A DNA stretch of 64,000 nucleotides. Origin: Eremomyces bilateralis CBS 781.70 (taxonomy: Eukaryota). Below the pieces are notes generated by a model. The model was given only the letters and a program-made list of their open reading frames with translations, searched no databases and was not told the DNA's origin. Shown one piece after another: positions 33,890 to 46,815 of the stretch (the stretch's first letter is position 1; each line of letters begins with the position of its first letter). The position numbers and the translations under genes were made by a program. The DNA is taken from NCBI GenBank assembly GCA_010015585.1, contig ML975174.1, one strand, 5' to 3'.

Positions 33890-35146
33890 ACCTGGCGCCA
33901 CAAGTGGGAGTGGACTGCTGCCGATGGCTTTTGGTCAACAGGAACCCTGCGTCATTTCCGAAGTGCAGTGCCAGGGATACCTGGGTCCATGTGCCGCCAG
34001 GAAATGGCGGCAAACCCCTTCAAAAAAAAAGAGGTGGATGTCTCAGGAGAGTAATGGAAAACGCGTTACTTAGGCACGTTAGGTAGTTAGTTAAAAGTTA
34101 GGAGTAATTAAGGCAAGTCGAGATCCTTGACCGATATAGTCATGTGATATATGGATAATGCCCCTCCTCTCTCCTGGATCTTCCCAGCTTAATTGGAGTC
34201 ACCTACTCTAATTACCCAAACTTTGCGCAGCGCTCCTACGACCATATCTTGACTTACACTGTGACGTCCTTTGGGTTGTTTGGTCTTGTCTTCCTATCTT
34301 TCCAGTTGTACTACCGAAACTCGTATCACAATCTAGGTCCTCAGGTTTTCGGCATTGCCATCTCTAAACGACTTGGCCTCAATGGCTCGATCCAAGCCTG
34401 CTCCAATGTAAGATTTTGATTAACGACCAATAAGAAGTGGTTACAGTGAGGTGCATTCAATATAACATCTACACCCACACCATTTTGTATTCTTGTATGA
34501 ACCGCTAGACTTCTAGCGGATATGCGATCAGTATCACTGTATCAGAGTATAGCTAAGTACTCTAACGTCTCCAGCGGTGCCGACGTTGGAGAAGTTGGTA
34601 ACTGTGCAGCTTACCTCCAGGCATACATGAATCGAAGCTTAATTTATCCGGGTGTGGGGTGTCCGAACGTCATCCCTTCATCTACAACTCTTCTAGATGG
34701 GAACTTGTGAGTCGTGCACTGAAGTCCTGCATCAAGGGGGTTGAACCATTGAATGCTACCACCACGAATGGCATTGCGGCTCGCACTAGGAAATTCCATC
34801 GCTGGGTATAGCCGCATTCCAAATTGTTGTGGGAGATTCATAAACCATTCAGCAGGCGGTAAATTACTTTGTGAGGATAAAACGACTTCATTCTGTGTTG
34901 TCTGGGCCGCTTAGTGTTCGGTATGCCGACAGCCAGGGTAGCAAGTACGGATATACAAATACGAGAAACTATATAACATTTGTATTAAACATCGAAAACC
35001 AAGGTCAGTAGAGTATTTCTATGAGTGCGTCCTAATCTAAGCAGATTTGTATGGGATATAAATAATGGCAGCATACCGGTAATCTCGAAGCAAGTTTATC
35101 CCATTGTTTCTACCACAGTACGATAATTTGAGGACACCTGTTGAAG

Positions 35147-35619
35147 ATGAAGTTGACTGCTTACCTAGCCGGCCTTCTGGCAACCACTATTTTAGCGCAG
35201 AATTCATGCCGGAATGCTGTATGTCATTACCAATGCCCATTTACTTGGAGAGTCCACTCTTCTCACTAGAATCCAGGCGACTGGTTTGACTGGCGTGTGC
35301 ACCACCACGCAGCACTGTGCGAACGGCCTCAATTCACCCTTGCGAGGATACTACACGAATGGTGATTGTCCAAATGGTATGGCGATCTATCCTCGTTCAG
35401 TGAAGACCCAGAGGCAGGCAGTCCTCTGGCTCATCGAGGCGGCCATGCTGACGAGATGACATAGACCCAGCCAATATCAAATGCTGCTTCGTTGTCGGAT
35501 GTTCTGTCCCGAAGGTAGTTGGGTATGGGTTCTGCAGGAATACTGGAGAGGGATGTAAGAATCCCCGTGGGTTCACTAGCGGACGATGCCCAGGTCCGTC
35601 GAATGTTAAATGCTGTTGA
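35147..35619 (+). CDS. Small secreted cysteine-rich protein (108 aa, 12 Cys, two 6-Cys repeats), 3 exons
   Basis: Exons 35147-35218, 35277-35376 and 35465-35619 give MKLTAYLAGLLATTILAQNSCRNAATGLTGVCTTTQHCANGLNSPLRGYYTNGDCPNDPANIKCCFVVGCSVPKVVGYGFCRNTGEGCKNPRGFTSGRCPGPSNVKCC*. Confidence 0.8.
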
Positions 35620-35923
35620 AGCAGCAGATCGATATGGATGTATGGAGTGAACCGAATATATTCTTGACTGAGCCGAAATCGTTCCGCTTGTGGATCTCTA
35701 GTTGTGTTGAGGGTAGGCTTTGAAACGCCTATGTAGCAATCAAAGTTGACTCTTGTCTGAATGATCTGAATGACTCAAAATAAAAGGAGTCCATGTATCT
35801 ACTGCGCTTGAATTTTGAGAAGCCGATGCTTGGTAACCATACTTAATATTAGATAGTAGGAGTGAAGATGGCAGGAGTGGATTCTGGAGATGGCGGGAAA
35901 TATCACTATGTCATACCCAGATA

Positions 35924-37735
35924 AGTTCAACCCCCTGTCAAGTAGCCAACCACTCGAGTAGCCAGTATCACCACCTCTATCACCATCTCTCTAACCGCGA
36001 TATCTCCACCACCGTACAATATCATGATACCAAACTCGGAAGACCCGGTCCAACAGGCTATTGATGCCTTACAGACCGGTCAATGCAAATCACAAAACGA
36101 AGCTGCGGCGCTATTCAAGGTCAACCGACGCACCCTTCAAACCCGCCTAAAAGGCCGCCTACCACGCGTAGTAGCTCAACAATCTCGCCAACGCCTTACA
36201 CCGGACCAAGAATCCTTTTTAGTCGACTGGATACTTGAAAATGACGCTCAAGGATTCCCCCCTACTCACGCACGGCTTCGCGAAATGGCATCTCGAGTTC
36301 TACGCCTCCAAGGAGACTCAACGCCCCTCGGGAAGAACTGGGTAACGCGTTTCCTACACCGTAATCCACGCGTTGCGACCTGTATCGGGCGTAGTCTTGA
36401 TGTTGCCCGACGTCAGGCTGCAACTAAGGATACAATCGACGCGTTCTACACGTATTTTCACCAAGTTCAAACTCAGTACGATGTCCACCCCTCTGATACC
36501 TGGAATATGGATGAGGTTGGCATAGGACTAGGGATTTGCGCTAATTCTACGGTTATCGCAGACTCGCAGAAGTCAACGGCCTATATCACTAGTCCTATGG
36601 GCCGCGAATGGATTAGTATCGTTGAAACTGTCTCCGCGACCGGCCAGTACATCAGACCAGCGATTATACAGAAAGGCGCCACGTTACAGTCTTCTTGGTT
36701 CCCTGAACAACCTCCAGACTTCCATTATACGGTATCAGAGAACGGCTGGACTTCAAATCAACACGCGTTGGTTTGGCTCCGTACGGTTTTCCTGCCTGAA
36801 ACCGCTACACAGCGGCAGTACCGGATTCTGCTAATGGACGGGCACGGTAGTCACGCAACCATCGATTTCTTGTACGAATGCAAGATAAACAACGTAATCG
36901 TGGTCTTCCTACCTGCACATACCTCCCATATCCTTCAACCTCTGGATCTCGCCTGTTTTTCGCCTCTAAAACGCTTTTACAAGACCCTCCTCCGCCAAAG
37001 CGCGTATATCGACGAGGCCCTACCGATTAAACGACGGAGATTCATTGTCCTCTATGCAGAGGCACGTCAGGCACGCCTAACCGACCGTACAATCAGATCT
37101 GGGTGGAAGGCTGCAGGACTTGTGCCGCTTGACCGGTCAAAGGGCCTCAGTAACCGCTTCGTTGTACCGTCACCGCCTACCGTAACCGCACCACCAATTC
37201 CACCACCAAACACGCCTCCACGCACCCCCATACCAGTCCCCTCCGTTCTCCAGACGACGCCCTACAAGCCAAAACAGGTACAGAGTGCATTACGCGTTCT
37301 TAGCAAGAATACACGCGTGGCAAAGACGACGAAGTCGTATATAGAGAAGGCAGCCAAGGCGATCGGAGTGCTACAGGCGCGTCAGGCCTCATCAGATCTG
37401 AAAATCGCGGGCTTACAGGCACGCCTTGATGCTGCTACAGCACCAAAACGTAAAAAGAAAGTTCAGATAGATCTTAATCAGAGGTTTGCGCAAGTTCGGG
37501 AGATCAAATTGGCACAAGAAGCTGTACGAGCGGTAGAGGAAGATTACCAACGAAGACATCCAATTTCGGAGGCCAAATCTACATCAGAGTCTCTCCAAGC
37601 TGTATCTTTTGAATCATGCTGTATAGATTTCCAAATATAATATGTTTTAGTAGAGATATTGCTGTCTGACCGATGGAGGTTGAGATGGTGATACTGGCTA
37701 CTCGAGTGGTTGGCTACTTGACAGGGGGTTGAACT
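35924..37735 (+). mobile_element. Intact Pogo/Fot1 DNA transposon (1812 bp)
   Basis: Perfect 50-bp TIRs (35924-35973 and 37686-37735) with a TA target duplication on both sides. Confidence 0.97.
36024..37640 (+). CDS. Pogo/Fot1 transposase (HTH_psq, CENP-B-type HTH, DDE_1), 538 aa, uninterrupted
   Basis: Catalytic motifs WNMDEVG, LLMDGHGSH and HTSHILQPLDLACF, plus an N-terminal HTH. Confidence 0.95.
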   Translation: MIPNSEDPVQQAIDALQTGQCKSQNEAAALFKVNRRTLQTRLKGRLPRVVAQQSRQRLTPDQESFLVDWILENDAQGFPPTHARLREMASRVLRLQGDSTPLGKNWVTRFLHRNPRVATCIGRSLDVARRQAATKDTIDAFYTYFHQVQTQYDVHPSDTWNMDEVGIGLGICANSTVIADSQKSTAYITSPMGREWISIVETVSATGQYIRPAIIQKGATLQSSWFPEQPPDFHYTVSENGWTSNQHALVWLRTVFLPETATQRQYRILLMDGHGSHATIDFLYECKINNVIVVFLPAHTSHILQPLDLACFSPLKRFYKTLLRQSAYIDEALPIKRRRFIVLYAEARQARLTDRTIRSGWKAAGLVPLDRSKGLSNRFVVPSPPTVTAPPIPPPNTPPRTPIPVPSVLQTTPYKPKQVQSALRVLSKNTRVAKTTKSYIEKAAKAIGVLQARQASSDLKIAGLQARLDAATAPKRKKKVQIDLNQRFAQVREIKLAQEAVRAVEEDYQRRHPISEAKSTSESLQAVSFESCCIDFQI

Positions 37736-37965
37736 TACCCTAGACAATCTGATGGCGCCATACCTGCTTTGGTGAAGCGCTCCGCTAGAAGACCAGTAAA
37801 AACTAGCCGATATTCAAACGTGGAGAGGGCTGAGATGGACTAAAAAGTGTCCGAAATTCGGAAGATCCAGGCCTGAAACGATGTTGCGATCGCGTTGTAT
37901 CTTCCATAGGACGGAATAAAAGTCCTCTCGCCACCAGCTGGGTATCGTCCTTCACTCAACTCAAA

Positions 37966-39014
37966 ATGTCCGAAGAAGTCGCATCTACATACGACGGTAT
38001 CTCTCTTTCCCCTAGAAGCAAAGATGCCAATTTCTAACGAGCAAATATCTAGGTGCTGTCCGTATCGCCGTCATTGGCGGCACAGGTCTCCAACAACTCC
38101 CCCACTTCACCCGCGTCGCATCCATCGAGACCACCACGCCATGGGGAACTCCCTCCTCTCCGATCACCATTCTCCACCATCCTTCTCCCTCCAACGGCGA
38201 GCCGATTCCGATCGCATTTATCTCGCGGCACGGCCTACACCATGAACTGGCGCCCCACGAAGTCCCCGCGCGCGCGAACATCGCCGCGCTACGGAAGCTC
38301 GGCGTGCGAACCATCATCGCCTTCAGCGCCGTCGGAAGCTTGCAGGAAGAGTTCAAGCCCCGCGACTTCCTCGTGCCGGACCAGGTGATCGATCGCACCA
38401 AGGGGATCCGACCGTTTACGTTCTTCGAAGGGGGCATGGTGGGACATGTTGGCTTTGCGGACCCGTTCGACGAGAGCTTAGCGAAGGTGGTCAGGAAATG
38501 CGGACATACCTTGCAAGGAGACGGGGTAGTGCTTCATGACCGCGGGACGTTGATCTGCATGGGTGAGTGCTGTGCGACGCCATTCGATTGAAGGCATTAT
38601 GCTGATTCTACTGTAGAGGGACCGCAATTCTCGACTCGAGCGGAAAGCAACCTCTACCGATCATGGGGCGCTCATGTCATCAACATGTCCGCGCTTCCCG
38701 AAGCGAAGCTCGCCAAAGAGGCTGAGATCGGATATGTTATGATCTGCATGGCGACAGACTACGATTGCTGGCGAGGCCACGAGGACGTCAATGTTGAGAT
38801 GGTCATGGCCCACATGAGGGCGAACTCCACGAACGCGAGGCACTTCGTCAGCGCGGTCCTCGACGAGCTCTCGAAATCCGAGCACACAGATCTGGTCGCA
38901 GCCAAGCATCTGGAGGGTATGATGAAGGGAGCTGGTAGCATCACGGCGAAGGAAGGGCGGAAATTTGACGCTGCAGAGAAACTTGGCTGGCTATTTCCAG
39001 GATACTTTGACTGA
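37966..39014 (+). CDS. MEU1: S-methyl-5'-thioadenosine phosphorylase (MTAP), 3 exons
   Basis: IAVIGGTG, ETTTPWG.PSSPI, AFISRHG.HH, RANIAALRKLG, AVGSLQEE, MEGPQFSTRAES, INMSALPEAKLAKEAE and MATDYDCW. Confidence 0.95.
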
Positions 39015-39347
39015 GCCAGTGGGTAGTTTCGCCCTCCCAGCAAAGTGCGGTAAGTGGCAGCATAGTCAACACGGCATTGCAGTCTTTGATTTGCAAATTC
39101 AACATCGGTAGGTTTTTGCCGCTTGGAAATAGACTAGAGAAATGATGTGTCCATGCTCCTTCGTTGCTCTTTCAGCCTTGTGTCAATTTGGTCCATTATC
39201 TTTCACTTTCATTGCGCACCCTGTCCAGTCGTCCACGAGAATGAGTTACGCCGATTACAATTTGCTAGTCGATTGGTATCTGATCTATGTATCCTTAAGT
39301 CAAGACCTCACGCCAGGAACGCATGTCTGAAGGGAGAGAAAACGAGG

Positions 39348-41010
39348 TCATACGTTCGTATTCCCAATCGTCACACTCTTGATGTTCTGGTATTCCGCCA
39401 GACCATAGTGCGACCCCTCCCTACCATAACCGCTCTCCTTGATTCCACCGAAGGGAGCCTCTGCGGCGCTGATCTTGCCGGTGTTGACCCCGATCATGCC
39501 GCACTCTAGCCTCCTCGCAACCCTCATCACGCGGCCGACGTCTTTCGAGAAAAAGTATCCCGCGAGGCCAAACTCAGTGTCGTTGGCCAGCTTCACGGCA
39601 TCGTCCTCGTTGTCGAATGTGAAGATCGGAGCAAGAGGTCCGAAGGTTTCATCGTAGGCGACTAGCATCTCGCGGGTGACGCCAGACAGCACAGTGGGTT
39701 CATGGAAGAACCCGGGGTGGTCGGGAGCGGCTCCGCCAAACTCGAGCTTAGCGCCTTTGGAAACTGCATCTTTAATGTGCTCCTTGACTTTGTCGACCCC
39801 GCCGCGGTTGACAAGGGGGCCTTGTGTGGTGGACGGATCCATACCCGGGCCCAACTTCAGTGCGGCCACCTTTTCAACAAGCTTGGCCGTGAACGCAGGG
39901 GCAATGCCCTTCTGAACGATGAGACGATTGGCACTGAGAAACGGTTAGTTATGAGAAGCATTACAACCACCGAAAATACCACGCACCAGACACAGGTCTG
40001 ACCCGTGCATCGGAACTTGCAGAACATGGCACCCTCCACAGCAAGGTCAACATCCGCGTCATCAAAGACGATGAACGGAGCGTTTCCACCCAGCTCAAGA
40101 CTGCACTTCTTCAAAGTGTCAGCAGCCAGCTTCGCGAGCATCTTGCCCACTCCGGTCGAACCCGTAAAGCTAATCTTCTTCACGATCGGGTTCGTGCAGA
40201 GTTCCGTTGCCGCCTGCCGATCCTTCGTCGGACAGACCTGGAGACATTTCGGAGGGATCCCCGCCTCCACGGCCAGTTTCGTGAGCGCCAGGCAAGTGAA
40301 GGGCGTCTCCGACGGCGGCTTGATGACGACGGCGCAGCCCGCCGCGAACGCGGGCGCGATCTTCCGGGTGATCATGGCGGCAGGGAAGTTCCACGGCGTG
40401 ATGATTCCACAAACTCCTACCGGCTCCTTGAAGGTCATGAGCGTGGTATGGGGCGTTTGCGAGGGAATCGTCTCGCCATACGCTCGGGTACCTTCTTCGG
40501 AGAACCAGCTAATGAAGCTGGCGGCATAGGCGACTTCCCCCTTGGCTTCGGCGAAGGTTTTGCCGTTCTCGAGACACAGAATTTGGGCGATGTCGTCCTG
40601 GTTGGCCATGATCAGGTTGTACCACGTTCGCAGCGCCGCACCCCGCTGGAGAGCGGTGGTGGAGAGCCAATATTCCCGCTGCGCGACATCGGCGCTAGAA
40701 ATGGCTTTCTTGAAGTCTTCAAGGTCACAGTTGGCGACTTCGCCAAGAACTGTCTCAGAGGAGGGTTCTAAGGATTTATCAGCACCAGATCGGAGATGTA
40801 GCTCCAGGTGGAAAACCCACCATAGACCGGAAATTTCTTGGACTTGCTGACCCATTCACCGTCAATGAAAGCATCTTGGACGAAGAGGCTGGAATCCTTC
40901 AACTGCATGCAATTAATAGTCAGTGCCTTTTCCCTGCCAATGAGTTGGAACACACTCACGTTGAGCGTCCGGACGCTGTCGCCATTGGCATCTCCGTTTG
41001 TCAGCCCCAT
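39348..41010 (-). CDS. Succinate-semialdehyde dehydrogenase-like aldehyde dehydrogenase (second paralog), multi-exon
   Basis: ITPWNFPAAMITRK, KPPSETP, FTGSTGVG, LELGGNAP, KFRCTGQTCV, ETFGPLAP and PFGGIKESGYGREGS. Confidence 0.92.
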
Positions 41011-42435
41011 GTTTGTGTGGGTAATCCTTTTTCTTCAGGGTCGTCGGGCCGTGATCCCAGTTGGCTTATCTCTCGCGCGATGCCGCTTTTCACGTCGTCT
41101 TGGAGGTTCAAGTTCGAAGGAACACCCGCCCATCTCGCCGGGGAATTGGCCCGCCATATATATCACTCAGCGGCGTCCACCGGTCCACGCCATACGTCGT
41201 CGCAGGGAAGTCCATTCTTAGCCTGCGGGGCAGCTTTCTCGTTCCCCGCTTCCATGATGCTATAGTCTATAGCTGATTCGCTAGATCCATGATTCCGGGG
41301 TGAAGCGTCGAATATCTTTAATATCACATTTGTTCGACACCCTCTTCACGGAATTTCGATGGGGGGGCAGGATTCCATCCTTTGGCCCGATTTCGAGGCT
41401 ATTACCTTGAAATATATATACTGTTGGTGGTAAAACCCGGACTTTCCCTTCATCGTGTGTTTCCGGACCATCTGGACAGTCCCTGTCACGAGAGTCTGTG
41501 AGAATGCCTGTCCTGCAGCCTCCCCCCAATTAATTCTAGCGTCTGATCTCGGCGCGCTCAGTTCTAGAGCACAGAACTTGTCACATTGCCGTTTCAAATC
41601 CATGTCAGCGGCATGAGCCCTTGTTGGAATCAATAAATCCAATGTGAGAGGAGCCCGATCACACCCGTGTGGCTTCTAGTCGCGTCGGGTCTAGAACATA
41701 CGCCACATCTGGCTCTCAAGAACGAACACGATGCACACTGGCGCTCGGAACTACAAGCACTGAGGACGGGGCAATAGGATTTCAATAGAGACCTGGTACT
41801 CGGAAGACGAAAACTTTCAAGGCTACTTCTCCCAGTTCCGTAAACGAGAGTACACTGGGCTGGCCGACCACTACCGCGTCGCTTTCCACGCCGCAGCAGT
41901 TGGTGGCTTGAAAACCTTTGCGTCGTTGGCACAACCCACGGCCTACACCGTGCAAACACAGACTTCGACATCAAGACGGGATTAGAGTCTTCTGCCTTGT
42001 ATACTGAAGCCTTGCGTCGAGGTATGGCGATTTGAATTCCATCCTCCGGCCGAACGTCTTGATCGCCGCGTTCAAGTATTGCCAGACAGTTCGGAGCGAT
42101 GTTGCTCTCTTAACAACCAACGCGGTCCCTTATGAACGACCTTGACGGTAGATACTGCGGCCACATTTCTAACAAATCATCGTGTGGGCTCTATTCGCTC
42201 CATTTGACGAGGCTCTAGAGACACGTCGATGGCGGACCGCAGAGCCTCAATATCTCGCCGCCGCCAGGGGCTTCGAGCCTTCAGCCTCAGCCTTGTCTTC
42301 CAGTAACACAGTCGATGATTCTTCTCGACCCGATGTATTTCTTAACTCGTCCCCGCTCAATCCCAGTTCATGTTATTTCGTTCCTTTCTGTATGTTGACC
42401 TTGTCTGTCGTTCGGTGCTTTCCAAAAGTCTCGCA

Positions 42436-43608
42436 ATGCATGCTCCATTATATCTCCAAGCGACCACTCGATATTCTATAGTAGCCAGCCTTGCCCTTCT
42501 AATCGCATCAGCAAATGCACATCCTAGAATTGAGGACAAAATCAATTCGGTTCTCCCGCATCGAAACGAGACAGCCGGAATCGAGGGAGAGATCAAGTGC
42601 TATGCCCTTCCCTATGGTTGTATCGGACTCCTATCACATCTACTCTTCTACTGGACGGTAGCGTGGATTGCATACGGCGGGCGCGCACCATTTTGGCCAT
42701 GGCACAAACTGGACTCTTGGAAATTCGATACAGTCCTTGCGATCGCTCCTCTGCTCGCCACCTTACCGATCGGTGCGATCTCGATCTATCGTTGCAAGCA
42801 GACCTGGCCGTTTATCCTGATGGCAGTATGGAAGATGATGATGTCCGTCACTTTGAGTCTGGTGACGATCCATCGTGCGCTCATCGTGAGGCGCGCGATT
42901 CAGATGTCAAGGGCCCGAGAACAGGACGGAATTCTTCTACGAAACCAATCGCCATCGCCATCGCCCTCGCCGTACACGCCGCCGGATGCACGTTTTGGCT
43001 TCACTCCAGCTAGTGAACGATTTTCATACTTTTCATCCTCGACAAGCCCTTATCTAAGTCCTAAAGGTATGCGAACCTGATCCTCGCCCTTCCGAATCCA
43101 CTGACAGGCGCAAATAGCCCCAAGTCCAAGCTATCGACCAGTCCCGTCCCACGAATCCCTTGTGCCGGTATCGAGACCCAATACTAGTAAAAGCCCCTCT
43201 GGATGGGTTATCCTGCATCTTCTTGGAACGTTCGTTGGCTTGACCGGTCTTATTGCCGTCATACGCGCCGACTTTGGAAACAACCGCGAGCTTCGGAATC
43301 TTACATATGGCTTCGTAATCACCACGATTGTGATCACTATCGGAGCAGCCTCGGCGTTCTATATGAAGGGTTGGGATAAATGGATGGCGAACGAGCGTGG
43401 TGGTCGGCTGTGCTTCAATACTGGCATGAAAGCAGGCGGGGCTGCTCTCGGTGCATTTCTCGCAAGCTTGGGCGTTTTAGGCGCGTTGTACAGCGATCTT
43501 GTTCTGGGTGCGGTGGCACACAATTGGACGGGTATGCCGAATGAGGACAATGCGCTGCTTTATTGGTCCTGGTTCATCTCCAAGAGGATTCCTCTGTTTG
43601 CATATTAA
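42436..43608 (+). CDS. Hypothetical multi-pass membrane protein with an N-terminal signal-like segment, 2 exons
   Basis: ORFs 42370-43080 and 43162-43608 join via an intron at ~43067. Motifs include IKCYALPYG.IG.LSH, PFWPW, LYSDLVLGAVA.NW.GMP and LYWSWFISKRIP. Confidence 0.7.
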
Positions 43609-43693
43609 ATCGCAGAAAGGCCAAACTGGTACTGATATCTTGAATAGCGCTTGCATATAGGAGAGTGCAATTTCAGCCTCCCCTGGTTTGAGT

Positions 43694-46600
43694 TCATTTG
43701 CCTTTGGGTTTGGTGTTAGTCCTAGGTGCCCCACCTTGCGTAGAACCGGACTGAGTGGCAGACTGTCCATGGTCACTAGCACTTGCAGTTGGAGGAGAGG
43801 CTCTTGCTGGACCTTGTGAAGCCCCAGGTTGTGTCTGAGTTTGAGAACCCGAAGGTTGTCCCTGCGGCTTTGCACCCGGTTTCTTTCTTAAGGTCGTCGT
43901 GTTGCCGTCTTGGTACTTCTCCCACCCATGTTTCTCAAGGATTTCGGTCGGAATATTCTGCGCTTGCAGCCGGTGCACGACTTCCAGGTTCCGCGGGTTC
44001 TGCTCCATCAAGAAACGTAGGCAAACGACGGCGTGCTCACGAATATATGGGTTGTGCTCGTCGGGCCGGCAGCAGGAGAGAATCGGCTCGATGCCATCGA
44101 ACTCGCGGATCTGGTCTTGCACGGGTCGGCATTTGTAGACGAGAGAGGACAGAACAAGCACGGCAAGCTTCTTCAAGTTCTTCCATTCAAAGTCTGCTGG
44201 TTCTGTCGGCGTAACAGGAGCGTAGTTTGGATCAACTGGGGGCTGCTCTCCAGGACCGGCTTCTTGTGAGACATCGTATGGTCGTTCCACTGCAACCGCT
44301 TGTGCCCCTGAGTCGGTGTCCGGGCGGGAATCCTTCGGTGCTGGTCGGTACTTCCCAAGGGGAATGGCGCGGTCGAGCTCTTTGAGAAGTGTGATAAATT
44401 CGCTTACCAACTCCCAGTCGGCCATCATCTTCTGCCAGAACTTATGTTCGGTCAAGATGGCGAAGAACTCCATGAATTGGTAGAGGCCCTCGTACATCCT
44501 CTCCATATCCCATTGATTCATAGGGAATTCGTCGGGTGATGCAAGGCCAGCTTTGATCTGACCTTGAAGGAAGATCAAGGAGCAGACTTGGGGAATAATC
44601 TCACTTCTGAACTCTTCCATCATGCGGCCTACAACGAATACATCGACTTGGGATGGATAAACAGATGGTTGCTTTGGCATCTCGACATTCCCTTCGGCAG
44701 CCGCTTCTTCCGTGAGTTGGCGGGATCGGAAAACCGTTGTCAACAACTTCATGATGACCGCTTGTGCCGGCGAAATCAAGTCCTTTTTCCTGTTTAAAGT
44801 TAGCGATGTGAAGATGTCATTTTTTATAAATCGATGCATACTCTTTCAAAGTTTGGTAGGCATATACCAACAGCCCACGTTTCAAGATGGCCTCAACGAT
44901 TCTCACCATGAACTTGTAGTATAGGTCCTCCTCGCGGCAATCCCAAGCGGCGACAAAGATCAGCAGTTCGCGCATCAAATTCCTGCCATTGGGTTGCCCG
45001 AGGAAAATGTTGCAACGAACGGTATATAAGTTCTCAATTAGCTCATCCCAAAGCTCTTCGTTGGCGCAGTCAGGGCATCCCTCGTTACGTTTTGGCGGCA
45101 CGATGCCATTTAGGACGATCATCGGTAAGACTGTGATCTCGGCAGGGTCGAGTACGAGAGGAACACCGGTCAAAAGTCCGCGTCCTTCCTCCCCCGAAAT
45201 CGGATAGTCGTCGTCGTCGCTGCGGTCTCCATCACTGTCGTCGTCGGATACCACGGCTTTGATCGAAGAGGAATCGTAATCCGCTACGGGTGAGCTGACA
45301 GATTGCTCATCCTCTTCTGTTTCGGTCTGCAAATGTCGGTCGTCATGAAGCACCCCCTCTTCAGATTGCGGGTTCAACCTGCTCATCAGATCGGCTTTGC
45401 CTCTGCGAAGCATTTCCGCGCCTTCCCGCGCATCATAACCGGTACGGCAATCTCCCTCGGTTGGAGCCGTCTGGTGCATCGGTTTCGAACCCCAGGAATT
45501 TCGAACCATTTCTCCAAACCAGGCTCGACTCAGCCCTTCATATCCTCCAACGAACTTTTCCTGTCTGGGTTCGGCCGCTGTGTTTGAATCCATATCTCCC
45601 GGAAGTTGCATTTCCAGAACGCGGCCATCGTCGCATTTCTCGGCCAGATATAAGAGATCCGATAACGTTCTAGACTCGCGGATGACCGTTCCGTCCTTGG
45701 ATGGTTTTGGCTTCTCGCAAACGATGTAGTTAACCAGGACTGTATGATATGTGGTACACCAGCTTAGCATTTCTATCTCGGAGAGCGCCCGCCACTCCGA
45801 CATGCACATTTCAGTAATTTCGCGGGGCCCGGCGGGTTTGCCTTCATCGATCAATCGCTCGCGGATCTTCGGGGTGTTTGTAGCGAGGAAAACAACAAAT
45901 GCAGATCCGTTGCGGCTATCCCAGGGCGATGAGGACGTTAGCTTCACAGGTTCAGGAGGGATGTGTCTTGGAATTGACGGAGGGTTAATCCGGAGGAGCT
46001 TTTCTCTTGTCAATCGATCTTCATCGGAGAGCCCTCGGTCGAAGGACATGTCAAATAGATCGAGCCACAACATTAATTTGCGTTGCTCGTTCTGGATCAT
46101 CAGGTTATTCAGAAACTGAAGACATGTGTACAACAGTTCCTTATCTACACCATGGTCAATAACTGCAATTAAGAACCGAAGGTGGAGAACCGGCTTACAT
46201 TCATCAACAACCTTCTGAAACTCTTGCTCATCTTGACTGCCCGTCTTTCCTTCGAATCCTTGAGTGGTCACACTTACGTCTACGCTGATGACTTTAAGGA
46301 CCGCCTGGTCCACCAGTGCTTCCGCGGCCAAGTTCTGCGCCGCAGCTCCACAGGCGAGAATGTTCCGAGCGATACTAACAAGATTGATGAGAATTCTAAT
46401 GTCTTTCACTAGCAACTTGGCGTTTGCAACGATCGTTTGACTGGATGGTGACTCCGTGTCCGAGTCTGCCTTGTCGATGGAGAAGCATCGATGCCGAAGT
46501 GTCGGAACAGCGGCATCGAGGGCCTCTGCCAGAGACTCCCAGACAAGTCTAGACAACCCCAGCTCTTTCCTAAAGATCCGATCATCAGCATTTGAAGATA

Positions 46601-46815
46601 GTAGCAAGGTTTAGAATTTCATGATACCTTAAATCCGGGTTCTTAACCGTCTTTGTGAGGGTCGTCTGGATGGTCTTGTTGTCCCATGTTGACCAGAATT
46701 TGTCGCAAATATATATTCCGTCGGACTTGAAATACACAACAAGAGCCTGTAATGCAAGCCTAAAGAGGGTTGCATGAGGATTTGGCCCATCTATCGCCTC
46801 TGCGCTCTCCTCCAT
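43694..46815 (-). CDS. CTR86: Ataxin-10 / Ctr86 family protein, multi-exon
   Basis: C-terminal ataxin-10 domain FEWKNLKKLAVLVLSSLVYK...VQDQIREFDG..IL.CC..DEHNPYIREHAVVCLRFLME.N..N. Start MEESA at 46815. Confidence 0.85.

Noticed and set aside
34150..34950. Possible spliced gene upstream of the cysteine-rich protein
   Set aside because: Some splice-like signals are present, but no consistent open frame could be built.
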